From the NCBI GenBank assembly GCA_051362555.1, contig CM120643.1:9672001-9736000 (forward strand): a DNA stretch of 64,000 nucleotides, read 5' to 3'. The stretch comes from Lingula anatina. Its lineage: Eukaryota; Animalia; Brachiopoda. The notes beneath the pieces were generated by a model, which saw nothing but the letters and a program-made list of their open reading frames with translations, had not been told where the DNA came from and ran no database searches. Positions within the stretch are counted from its first letter, which is position 1. Each line of letters starts with the position of its first letter. This document shows, one piece after another, positions 1-11,755 of this stretch. Made by a program: the position numbers and the translations under genes.

Positions 1-808
1 TTTCACGTTATCCGCTTGACGTTTGCGTCACACATTTTCTCTTTTTTACGTTGCACAACGTTGCAACTCCCGTCAGTCATAGACCTCGACCCCGCATTAT
101 GGAACGACCCCGGATTATGGAACAAAACCGGAAGTTTGCCCTTTTTACCCAGCATGCAGAGCGTAAAAAATCCCCGTTCCACGTAAGTTTCAAGCGTCTG
201 CTACAATGTATCAAACGCGCTATGCAGACGCACGTTACGACCTGATACAAATTGAAATGTTAGCGTTTGAAAGTTCGTTGCTCTTAAATTTGATAAAATT
301 AATACTGAACTTACGTTTATTCAAACAAGTTTTAAAGTCGTTTACCGTCCGTTCTCGTCTGCACTTGTTACTGTCAGTTTCCGATCTCGATTACTAACTT
401 TTTCATACTGGTTACGTGTAGATACATCGATCGCTGTGGACGTAAACACGGCCGTCTTTTACTGCTATAAGTGTTGTAGCCTAACTTGTCTCATCTCTTA
501 TTGTTTGTGTTTCTTGTTCTCGGCTTATTGAAATAATTTTCAAAACATCCACTTACAAGAGTAGGCCTAACAAGTTGAAGTATTCCATGATCTCGTAAAA
601 ATGGCTTCGATGTTGGCCATCGCAGTGTGCGCTTTCTGTGCACTGTAAACTGCCGCTAGAGAACGCTCCAAGCGCTATTAGGCTCGCGCCGCTTGTGACT
701 TTAAATAAATTTGTTGCCACAAAATAAGAATTTATATTGACTTTTTATATTGGACATTATGAGTGAAAATATCGTTACTGACCTTGTTTATGCACAATGA
801 ATTTCAGC

Positions 809-2628
809 ATGCCGAAGAGAAAGTTATATGATCCTGAGTGTTTACATGCTGCTATCAGTGCCGTGAGAGAGGACTCTTATTCATTATCAGAGGCGGCACG
901 TATGTTTGACGTGCCGAAGACGACCCTTTATAATCATATTTCAGGTATACAAATGACACATGTTTGATCTTTGTTCTGATGAAAATAAAAAATTCAAAAT
1001 AGCCACCCTAGACTGCATTCCCACATATATTTAGATCGATCTATCCCCATGGGGAGTCTCACTAGATTGCTGTCAGCCTGACCGGCTTAAATGTCTGTCC
1101 CGCCTACTAAAAGGTGTAAGGGGATTAATTAACTTTTGTGCGCGTTCGGCTCTCGGAAGCTGACCCAGTGTTAAACTTGTCAATCATTTATTAGGTTTAC
1201 GCCTTCTACTAGAAGTTTTTTCTTTAAATCTTCTTATTTCATCTGTCCCTATCTTGTATCTTCTTCTTCTTCTTCTCTTTTTCTTAAATATACCACAGGT
1301 GCTCTCAAGGGAGGTGGTCATGGAAAGTTGGCCCTCAGTCACTCTGATGAGGCCGCGCTGGTCGACTACTGCCTTATAATGAGTGACTGGGGGTTTCCAC
1401 TAACCAAAGACTTGGTGTGCAAATTTGCCATGGCTGTTGGTCAGAATAGGAATGTGCACTTTTCAGCGTCGAACGGCTGGTGGAATTGATTCATGAATCG
1501 ACATCCAAAGTTGTCCCTAAGAAAACCAGGGCAGATTAATAGGTGCAATATTGTGAGATAAAATAAAACCATGCTAAATAAATGAAAATTATAAGAAAAT
1601 AAAAATTGTCTTCATCTAAAGATAAGAACGGATATCGGAAAATAAGAAAACATTATTTAATAAATATGAACCAATTTTTTTTCACATTAACATGGATAAG
1701 TTCCCTTTTTTTCAGAGGGCGAGCGGTAATGTCACAGAAAACAATTGCGGATGGTTTTTTCATTTTGCTCAAAGATACGCTTGTAAAGCATAATCTTGAA
1801 GGAAAACCGGGTTGCATCTATAACTGTGATGAAACATATTTTCAGTCTCAGGCAAGCACAAAAATTGTAGCTGCGAAAGGAAAGACCTTTCCTTACGAGA
1901 GGTCGATCACTTCCTCCGGCCATATTACAGTTTTGGAATGTGCCAATGCAATGGGGGATCTGCTGCCGCCCATGATCATTTTTGAAGGCTGCTTACCTGC
2001 CGACGACACTTTGTTCCAAGGTCCTCTGAACTCCGTGTACAGTTCCTCTCCCTCTGGATACGTTGATTCTGATAAATATCTAGATTGGTTTCAAAAGATT
2101 TTCTTGAAACATACAGAAAGAAATGGCCCGATTATTTTAATTCAGGACAATTTAGCGGCGCATGCATCAAAAGAACTAATCGACTGTGCCAGAGACAATG
2201 GTGTAATTCTGCTTAATATACCCAGCCATACGAGCCACTACTTGCAGCCTATGGACCAGGTGTTTAAAGATGTGAAGTTAGAATTCCGAAAGATTGCCAA
2301 ATCGGCAAGCCTACTTAGAAAGAATTTGGTGATTAGTAAGAGTACATTCCCAGCAATACTTAAATCGGCACGTGCCAAAGCATATACTCCTTTAAAATTG
2401 CAAAATGCCTTCAAAACCACAGGTATATATCCACTGGACAAAAGTGCAATTGACGAATCAAAATTTATAGAAAACAAAGATATGACGATTAAGACGGAGA
2501 CAGTATGCACTCTGCTTATGGAATGCGAGACAGACGACAATGACAAGAGGGACATGGCAACGCAGACAGTTTACGACGACTTGGGACGCCCAACAGACAA
2601 GACAGACAATACCACACAGACGGAATGA
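809..2628 (+). pseudogene. pogo-like transposase (HTH_psq + CENP-B/Tc5 HTH + DDE_1), 3 exons, one premature stop
   Basis: Exons 809-944 (MPKRKLYDPECLHAAISAVREDSYSLSEAARMFDVPKTTLYNHIS), 1299-1542 (…WGFPLTKDLV…NGWWN*FMNRHPKLSLRKP, TGA at 1487-1489) and 1716-2628 (YNCDET…QDNLAAH…LQPMD); GT-AG introns keep frame; 35 residues between the 2nd and 3rd catalytic Asp. Confidence 0.88.
1011..1140. mobile_element. Truncated copy of the Harbinger-like MITE family A inside transposase intron 1
   Basis: Reverse-complement match to the copies at 26794 and 41009 (…GGGGAGTCTCACTAGATT…GTCCCGCCTACTAAAAG…). Confidence 0.75.
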
Positions 2629-5600
2629 TATGTTCTTGTGCGTTACACACAACGCAACGTAAAAATGGTGAACAGAGTTGCAGTGCACGTTTGATTTGAG
2701 ATATAGTATAGTAATGTACATAACTTTTGTGCCTCTTCATTTGTTTTCTTGAAGGGCAAGACAGTGTAATATTAGAATGATTGCAGTGATTTCAATTTAA
2801 GGAGTTAAAGGTTAGATCCATTTCATAAAAGTCACAGCACTCTTCAGAAAGATGAATACATTCATCTCTTTGTAAAGTTACAGCATTGTTACGCGAGTTC
2901 TCCGCAATTTTTTTGTTTATTGCATTTGTCACACTTTCGATAAATTCTTTGTTAATGATATGTGAGCTGTTAATGTTAATTGCCACTTTTGTCACCATGA
3001 ATTAAAGCTTTTATTTTGAATGATTACTGGCGTTGTTTACTTAAGGCAGATCAAACGAATGATAGATGAGTTTTAAAATGAGAAATATCAATATTTTTCT
3101 TTTAATTCATAATTATGGATACAGTATTTTCAATTTGGCATTTTAAATTATCTGACTACTAAACATCGCTTTGATACTCCGACGTAGCGGCAACTTCTCG
3201 TTTTGTTCCATAATCCGATTCAAGGCAGTAGTGAATGAGTGGGCTATTCCATTATTCAGCAATATTTGTGTTTAAAAATAAACGACCAACTTAATATGAA
3301 CAATAACAGCTGTTATTTTCATTGATATTCGCAATATAAAGCGCATTCGTCGTTTTATTGTCTTTTATAGACCCCTTGCACTACATATTGCCTTGCATCT
3401 TATCTAACACACACTGACGCGACGTTATCTGCGCACTTCCGGTTTTGTTCTATAATCCGGGGTTTGAGAACAACACGAAGTTAACCATTATTTTAGCGTT
3501 TTTCTCCAATAATAACCCCAATCATATGGATTAAGCTTTACACGATAGTAAATAAAGCTCTATCGTAGCTACATGCAAAGTATTAGAGGTTAGTTTACGT
3601 TCATTTTTATACACAGACTGTGCAAAGCTGAAAAACGTCAAATATCGTTCCATAATCCGGGGTCGAGGTCTATATTTTAAAAAGTGAATAAACATTTGTT
3701 CTTCTGTCGAAAAATAGCATAGTTTTACCAATAAACCGTAAAGAATTCTTTCCACCGCGTCCTGAATACAGAGGACGGAATTTTTTACAGAACCAAAAAC
3801 GCATATGTCTAGGGAGGGACTATAATGCGAGAAATTTGTTTACAAATATAAAATTTGGTTAAATTGCGAAAAAAGTTTGCTCAAGTATAAAGGTTTTCAA
3901 TTTTTAAAGGAAAATCCCGCACACTCTTTGGTTTGCCAGTCTCCAGTTTGATCACAAATAAGGTTTTCAGTTTATTAGGGCAATGATTGCATGAAATAAT
4001 AAAAATACAACTTAAATTTAATGCCGAAGAACCAATTTTGCCTCTCGTTTTGCGGGAGTTTGTCTGACCTTTTTTCATTGGAAATCCCGCAATTTTATCA
4101 CGAGGGTTGACAGGCGGAGTGAATTGTGCGGCCAGTTTCGAATTGCACCAAAACTTGCGGAAATTTGTGACCCACACATGTAAACTATATATGAAGATTA
4201 TAATGAGGTAGGTATAGATTTTCAACAGAATTCAGAAGTTATACTTTATACGAAAAAAGTGTATGCCTTCCCCTCAACTTCAAGATCATGTACGGTATAT
4301 ACAGTACATTCGGATATGTCCAAGTTGTAAGTTAAATAGTATACATCATACATGTAGTTTTGTTAATAGGGGGTGTTGTTCATTCTGCACCGTGTGACCT
4401 ACCCCGACTCATTTAAATCACTTTAGTCAACAGATTTACTTAATTTTTGGCAAGTCTGAATAATGATACGAAAGCAGTTTACCAGCGCGAGCACCTGCCA
4501 AGATTCATTTGATAAGTATACGGGGTACATGTTTAATCTTCAATTATACACTTCTAATTGTTATACAGCTATATCTCAAAGTACATTCCACAATGCAAAT
4601 CTACAGTAGAAAAATTTTGAGCATCATCATGTTAGTTCCCAGGAAAGCATTATTATGTAATTCATAGTAAACTTTGTTGTAACGGTGCCTTATGTGCCCC
4701 CGGTACCATTAACTACCTGTATGTGTGGATCGGTTGTGGTCTTCTGTAGTAAGTTTTGATACAATTTATGTAAATGAAAATGTTTATCTTTAACCATGGT
4801 CTCTAATAATTTATGTAGTAGTGGTATTTTTTCATTGCAGGTGAAAATGAAGAGTTTCATGCAAGTAACAGGAAAAGTGGGTGCTACATAATGTGAAAGT
4901 GATCATGATGATATCAATTAAGCAACCTTTGTTTATGTATTTATTTCTATACCTCTATTGATAGAGATATGAAAGATATATTTACTGAGTATTTGGACAG
5001 ATCTAAAGCAACTTAAGGCATAGCCTTGATAGTCACTGTATTTTTCAATAAAAGTTGATAATTGCAGAAAACCAATAGCCCATGGTTTACCACTTAATTG
5101 TTGGCTTATTATTCAAAGAGAAAGACAGCAAAGGAATGGCAAAAGAAAAAGAAAACAAGGGAAACAGATATTTTGCAGTTTAATCATGTCCTCTCTAAGA
5201 ATTCATGATTTTGTAAAAAAACATGCAAAATTATAATTTTGTGATTAATGTTGAAAATGACACTGTATCTTTAAATAATAATTATAAACATTATGAGACA
5301 TGATCACAAAGCTTAAATATGCTTTGTGACATTTTTCTTTTCATTTTCTTTCATATAGTAGAACTAGTATTCACTGTAACAAGAAAGTCCATGTGTTTTT
5401 AAACAGCCGGTTGTACTAGATAATAAATGCAAATTTAGTGCCCTGGTTATATACAATGTCTTCAAATATTTTAATTGCCAAATGCCTACAGAGAAGTTCT
5501 TTAACATAAAACAATCAAAAATTGCATTTATAAATTATATCACTGACAATGCAACACATGGTGTAGATTTTAACAGCATGATGCCTTGGTTTTGAAGGTG

Positions 5601-7011
5601 GATTTATTACTATCATCATGTTAATTTATTATTTTTTTCTACTATTATAACTCGCCAGATAAAATTGTTCAACATGTTTCAGTATGTTGTATATGTTGAA
5701 TAAAGGATTTTAAAGAAATATATGCTTATTAAAAATACTTATTTGCCAATTAAAATGAAGAAAACAATCCACTTATCTTATCAATGTCACATAAAACACA
5801 GATAACATTTAGAAATACATATATTAGCCAATTTAAGCTTGCACATTTACCACTGAAAATTTTGACCAGCTCCTTAGATATTGTTTTTATACAAATATCA
5901 GTCGTATACATCGTAAAATGGAATTAGGACTAAACCTTATACAGACAGTAACATATATCAACATGAAAATAGAATTACCGACCATATTTAAAACAAGTAT
6001 TCGCCAAAGTGCAAATAGGTGAAAATGTAAACAAACATTCAGTTGGGCTCGTCTTGGGCTATGCATGACGTCAAATCCTGACTTTTACACTATCTTCCTA
6101 CGAAAACAGCTGAGGCATTTGTTTACAAGGATAGATTTGAATAAAAATTTAGCCACACAATTATGGCTTTTAAACACATTATTCAGGCTCTGGAATTTCC
6201 CGCACACTCTCTAGTTTGCAAATTATAAGGAAAGTTACGATGTTGTCAAGGAAAAATGTCACCGCGACGTGTGAGTTTGGCGAACATAAACTCAGTCAAA
6301 TGAAACATTTCAAAATAAAATATTACATGGGTATGAAGCTTAAATACCCAATTAATATAACATCTGATTGGAAGTATTAGATATTTACTTCTGCAGATAA
6401 TATTGACATTTTTCGGTCGAATTTCCACTGTTTCACAAAACGAATGCGACGTAACGTAATGGCGCGTGAAAAAACGACGTAAAAACCCTACGCCGAGACA
6501 GTATGTGTCCTACTGTATAGTAACATTCCGCTCTAGACTAGATAGAATTTTAAATATACGTGTAGATCTATAAAAATAACAATAAACGTTCTAAAATCCT
6601 GGAAAGCCTAATAACACGCTTACAAAAAAAAAAAAAAAAAATTCCATTGGTGCTCAGATGTCACAATGACAAATTTAAAATCGGGGGAAATCTGTTTGTC
6701 GGGGATGTCAGGATTTTTATCAAAAAATCTTAGACTTACAAAAACTTTACCTTATTAAATCTTATTGATCTCATTCTCAGTGAATACATATAAAATTAAT
6801 TTATGAAAAAAATTAAATATTTTATTAGATTGAAGCGCCAAAATGTACAATTAAAATGAATAAACATTCGATTTTGGTAAGTTATCATTTTTCCAAACAA
6901 ATATAACCTGATATTGGACACCATACAACTAGGTAGTTAAAAACCAATGAGATTTTTAAAGAGACTACCATAACATATTGGCAGTTTCAGAAATTTTCCA
7001 TTAGGCCACAC

Positions 7012-7875
7012 TTTTTTATTTTTATGGATGACATCCTCTGGGTACCCCAAAATCGGTGCGAGAGGGCGAAAAAAAAAAACAGTCCAAAAAAAAAAAAAAA
7101 TACTGCTTAAGTAAAGGAATGCTGTCAGTACACAGCTGGAAACACAAATTTTACCACAGAAACACGTATCAAACTAACAATATGCCTTTATCCGTGCTCT
7201 CAAAATATTAAAGCATTGTGAATACTTCGTAGAAATGTAAAAAAAAAAGTCATGAATAGATATACTTCATATTACCAAATCTATTTAAGTTTATTTCATG
7301 CATTTAGTTGGTACATGTATAGCAATCAATAAAACAAATATCAATCAAACAGCGTGTCTTTATTTGTACTCTCAGAATATTAAAGCATTTTGAACACTTC
7401 ACAGAAATGTTAAAAAAATGATGCAAAGATATGCTTAATACTACCTAATCTATTAAAGGTCATTCCGGACGATGCCATTTTGCATACTTCAACTCACACG
7501 AAGCAGCCAAACTGTCAGGTGGCCTGTCCGACCTTCAGCCCACCAAATACCTCGACGCCCTTGTCGACCCTTTTTTCGCTACAGAAAACCTGGTATTATG
7601 CTGCTTTGTACAGAATGCCACAGAAATTTTTCGGCCGCCGCCAGCCTTTCGCACATTTGTAAAAAGGTGATATCTCCATGCCCAATATCAATGGCATACT
7701 AATCCAAAACGACGGCGCCCGTTCTCTTTATGACTTTTATTGTTGTGTAATTTGAAAGAAATCCTAGAGATGAATTTGACGGCAGAGCAGCCGCATTTCC
7801 ACGTGGCGATAATACGCATACGCAGAAAGCTCATTTCCTGGCAAATTCAATCTACTTGGTTGGGGGCTGGGGGGG

Positions 7876-7921
<46 letters not shown>

Positions 7922-7974
7922 AGAACGGGCGAAAATTGGTGCGCGCGCAGGATGTCATCCATAAAAATAAAAAA
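7012..7974. mobile_element. Non-autonomous DNA transposon remnant with 26-bp inverted repeats
   Basis: TTTTTTATTTTTATGGATGACATCCT (7012-7037) is perfectly inverted at 7949-7974; internal degenerate ~90-bp direct duplication (about 7196-7288 and 7369-7457); no convincing ORF. Confidence 0.65.
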
Positions 7975-9175
7975 CCTATATAAGAATACATTTATATATA
8001 TAAGAAATCCGCCGTTGTTGTTCTTATTATAAGATAAATAGATATTCTGTAGAATTTAGACGCTAAACGCCAGAAATCGTCTTGTTTACCACACACACCT
8101 TGGACATAATTCGTAATTTTGTAAATGCACACACTAAATATTTTTACAATCTGTTAAGCTACCGATTGCAGCAGAGAAGATCAGTTCTGTTCCCCTCCAG
8201 ATGGCGCTATAGAACGGTTTGGTTTGTCAAACCTGGCAAAAACTGCTCAGATTGCAGCATATAGAAGACCATATAAGGATAGCCAGTGACCTACATGATG
8301 CCATTTTATTTTGGGGGTGTGTAAGGGTCTGAGACATTATTTAATTAATTTAATGAAGTGTATTTTGAAATGTGTGGGAAACAAAAACTTCCTGTGCATT
8401 ACTAGGCCTATTTTAGTAAATTGTTAATCAAACATTGCCTGTCAAATTATGGTAATTGGTAAATAAAATGGGCGGTCACCTAGCTCTTCCTGCCTACTAC
8501 CCCTATGAGTCATTTCAATCCTGAACCCTTGAAAGAGATGTCACTTCTTCTTCCGTTCTGAGTGACCAGGGTGTGGATGCTAGGCGGTCAGGATACCAAG
8601 TATATGGATATTTCAGGTTTAACCGATTCAACGAAACGTTGTAAGACAATGGGATTAGGTATTTGTCAAAAATTATATCTGATCATTCAAAAAATGGGTT
8701 TGATTATGTTGAACATTGGGTTTTGCCATCCATCAATATTTTCCCCACGTGACATTTTGTGTCCTCCATGGCTCCTTTATATCATTACGTACCTCATGAC
8801 AGTGAAAATTGCGGTTGTGCCTCATGCTAACCACACAGAATTTTAAACTACATCGGTAGAATTAGGAATAGCAGTAAATTTTTACCTGCGAAAAAAGTCA
8901 GGATGGGGAAAATTCTGTGGAGTGGCTCTTTTAAAATTTTGGCTTTTGAAATTAAGTAAGTGGTTTGTAAAAAGATTGTGTCATTATTATGTACAACAAA
9001 ATAGTCACAATTGAAAATTAAAGAACGGGATAAAGCTTATGTAGGCCTTCTTCCATTTCGAATTTTGGCATGATTTCACAAAAAGTACCATATTATGTAT
9101 TATTTCAGTACATTGAAGTATGTGACCTAGTTGCACTGCTTTTTGCGTCACTGATAACAAAAGGAGCCATTTTCA

Positions 9176-9444
9176 AGGCATAGGGGCGAATTGCTAGCGC
9201 CATTTGCAAGTAATGTTTAAACGTAAATTTGATATTTCTCATTTAGAGTCTTAGCTAATGCCACTATAACGTTGCCTAATCAAAATAAAACAATTGTCCA
9301 AAACAATTTGTCATGATTTTTTACCTCCAAAATTTAAAGCTTTTTGTAAAAAATTTAAAACGAAGCATATTTAACTCTGCATAGTCATTGGTAACAAAAC
9401 TCGTTTTATTTCGCCAAGGAATAAAATCGCCCTTATGCCTTTAA
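9176..9444. mobile_element. Small inverted-repeat element, possibly Kolobok-like
   Basis: AAGGCATAGGGGCGAATT near 9177 is an imperfect inverse of AATCGCCCTTATGCCTT near 9425-9441; right end followed by TTAA. Confidence 0.45.
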
Positions 9445-11518
9445 ACACGTTTTGCTCTAGTGACTTTTGTAAAACGTTAAATGCGGTATTATTTAGCAAG
9501 GCAGCAAAATGTGACTTAACGTTTACATCACTCTAAATATACTGCTCAAAAAACAGAAAACTTATTTTTCTAGTCCAGGAAAACTGAAGCTCATTTTGGC
9601 CTTTTCATTGTCATTGATCTTACAAATAATACATAATGAATTCAATCCATTTTCAATATTGTTTAATGCTTAGTTGACAAAAATATATCAAAATAATAAA
9701 AAAAGATTTTTTTATTTTTAAATAGCGAGCATTTCACTCGTCACTCAGAACTTGGAATTTATAATATTTTCACTCGCTCCTGGAATTTAGTTCTCAATTT
9801 TAAAGGCATGCAATGCGGTTAGACCTTTTATAAAGGAACCAAAAATTCTAGAAATTTCAGCAATTTTGCCTTTAGGTTTACTGTGTCCAAAAACTGTTTG
9901 GATAACTACGATCTGAAAACCCCGTTTGGGGTTCCAAATTTCTATTATTTTATTGCCACGTGTGAAATTCACAAGTCTTAATTCCATAGCGAGGAAGACT
10001 CAAAATCTAGTTGCTTAAAACTCGTATCTTTATAATCTTTTGAAGCTTGGAAACTTGCTGTCTTGTTGAGTGAAAAGTGTCATTTTTACGGACCACAACT
10101 GATCATTTTGTTTGAGTAATGGAGTATATAAAGTTCACACGTTTAAGGCTCAATTTGCAAAATTACATGTAGTTAAAAACTGCTTTGGCTAATCCAAGGC
10201 TACCGGTTAAACTGTGCATAAAAAGAACGAAGATATAATAAAGATTTTTGTAAATTTGCTCATCTGGTTGTAATCCTAATATTGCCTATTTTGCTAAAGG
10301 TGAGTTGAGTAGAATGTGCAATATTTTTTGTAATTATTTGTTAATTATGGCTTACATTTGTAACGTTAATTTGTTAAACAGATCTCGCGTGCATTAAGAT
10401 GAAGGGAACAGTCATGTGATCCAAATTTTCCTATTTTGAAAACTCTCCTGCTCCTTAATAATTCTACCTCGACACCACCTTCAATATATCGAGCAGCAGA
10501 TGCAAAAATAATGTTTATGATCTCGCAAAAGAACATTATTTTTGTTCAGAAAGTTACAAATAATTTATTTAATTTGTTTCACATCTTTGGACTTAAAAAG
10601 CAAGGTGTTATAAGTAATACCATGGTTTGTCCCTCCATTCTGCCTAGGTTTGATAATTACATGTTGCAATTGCTAAAATGGCATTTTTTTTTTTCAATAA
10701 TCGACGTTTCTACGGGATTTTTTTCACTTTCCCCATTGAAGTGTATCTCTTGTGTATTTAAACGTATCGGTTGCTGTTTTATGTTGAAATAAATTTCACA
10801 AACTGCTTGTGACCTTTTTTGCAAAACAAGCAATAACTGTTGGGATTTTATGTTGTATAAGATGTAGAAAAAGCCATATCCTGAAAAAATTCACAGCAGC
10901 TTATGAATAAAATGAAACAAAAACAATGGCAGATACAGGTTATTTTGAAAGAAGGCCACATTTTGAAATTCTTAGGAATTTTAGGTATTATTGTGACTTT
11001 TAAAATAATAATTTATCATGTTAGAGTGAATCTCGTTGGATATTTACCCATGGTCACGAGGGTGAGACAGCTACTAGAACTGCCTTTGTTTTTGTTAAAA
11101 ATGAAATGGAAAAGTCTGATTAATATTTTTATCTCATATCAAACATTAGCCAAGTAGTTCATTAGATAGTTTATTTATCAAATAAAACTTGAGCGAGTCT
11201 CAGAGCAGATATTAATATTTTTGTTTTAGATACATGTAGCTGAATATTCAAAACTTATTGTGATTAAAATATTTTAAAAATCTTTGACAAGTGGATGTTT
11301 GAAAATATGAGAATACATCAGTGGCAGTTTATTTTGCTCGAAATAAAATACTTTACAATTATATGCAAACATGACTTAGCGTTTTCATTGGCTCAGCGGA
11401 ACTATAAGGGTGGGGTTTCAATTCGGGTACTTGGAACATTAAATTCTTTTCCAGGGGGGCTTTTAAAATTTCCCTTTCGTTACTATAAAAGAAAAGTCTA
11501 CCAGGGGTGGGTGGGCGG

Positions 11519-11590
11519 GAACACTTAGGAGAGTGGATAGCACGCGCGACTCGGACCCAGCAAGACTTGGGTTCGAAACCTGGCACTTCT
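11519..11590 (+). other. tRNA-like / Pol III promoter unit (SINE head or tRNA pseudogene)
   Basis: A-box-like TAGGAGAGTGG and B-box GGTTCGAAACC at tRNA spacing; the acceptor stem does not pair cleanly. Confidence 0.5.
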
Positions 11591-11681
11591 AGGTCCCAGC
11601 AAATTACCTTTTGCCAAAAAAATCCAAATAAGTAATTTAGACCGCGTCAAAAGGGTCAGACGATCAGAATGAAAGCAAGAC

Positions 11682-11755
11682 GAGTCACTGGCTTAGTGGG
11701 TAAGAAGGCAGAATATTAAGCAAGTGGTCGAGGGTTCGAGGTGAGCTTGGGTAAC
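11682..11755 (+). other. Second degenerate tRNA-like / Pol III promoter unit
   Basis: A-box TGGCTTAGTGG and B-box-like GGTTCGAG at tRNA spacing. Confidence 0.4.

Larger units (their letters stand above)
80..3672 (+). mobile_element. pogo-superfamily (Tc1/mariner-pogo) DNA transposon, apparently full length, DD35D type
   Basis: Inverted termini TAGACCTCGACCCCGCATTATGGAACGA (80-107) and TCGTTCCATAATCCGGGGTCGAGGTCTA (3645-3672), 1 mismatch, with TA at both outer edges; encloses a spliced transposase. Confidence 0.93.

Noticed and set aside
1606-1715. N-terminal extension of the 340-aa ORF
   Set aside because: Lies in intron 2 of the transposase; the listed start is TTG and the exon begins at 1716.
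10399-11092. Possible Kolobok-like element
   Set aside because: Ends are suggestive but I could not establish matching TIRs or a TSD.
11519-11590. Functional tRNA gene
   Set aside because: Promoter boxes are present but acceptor and anticodon stems do not pair convincingly.
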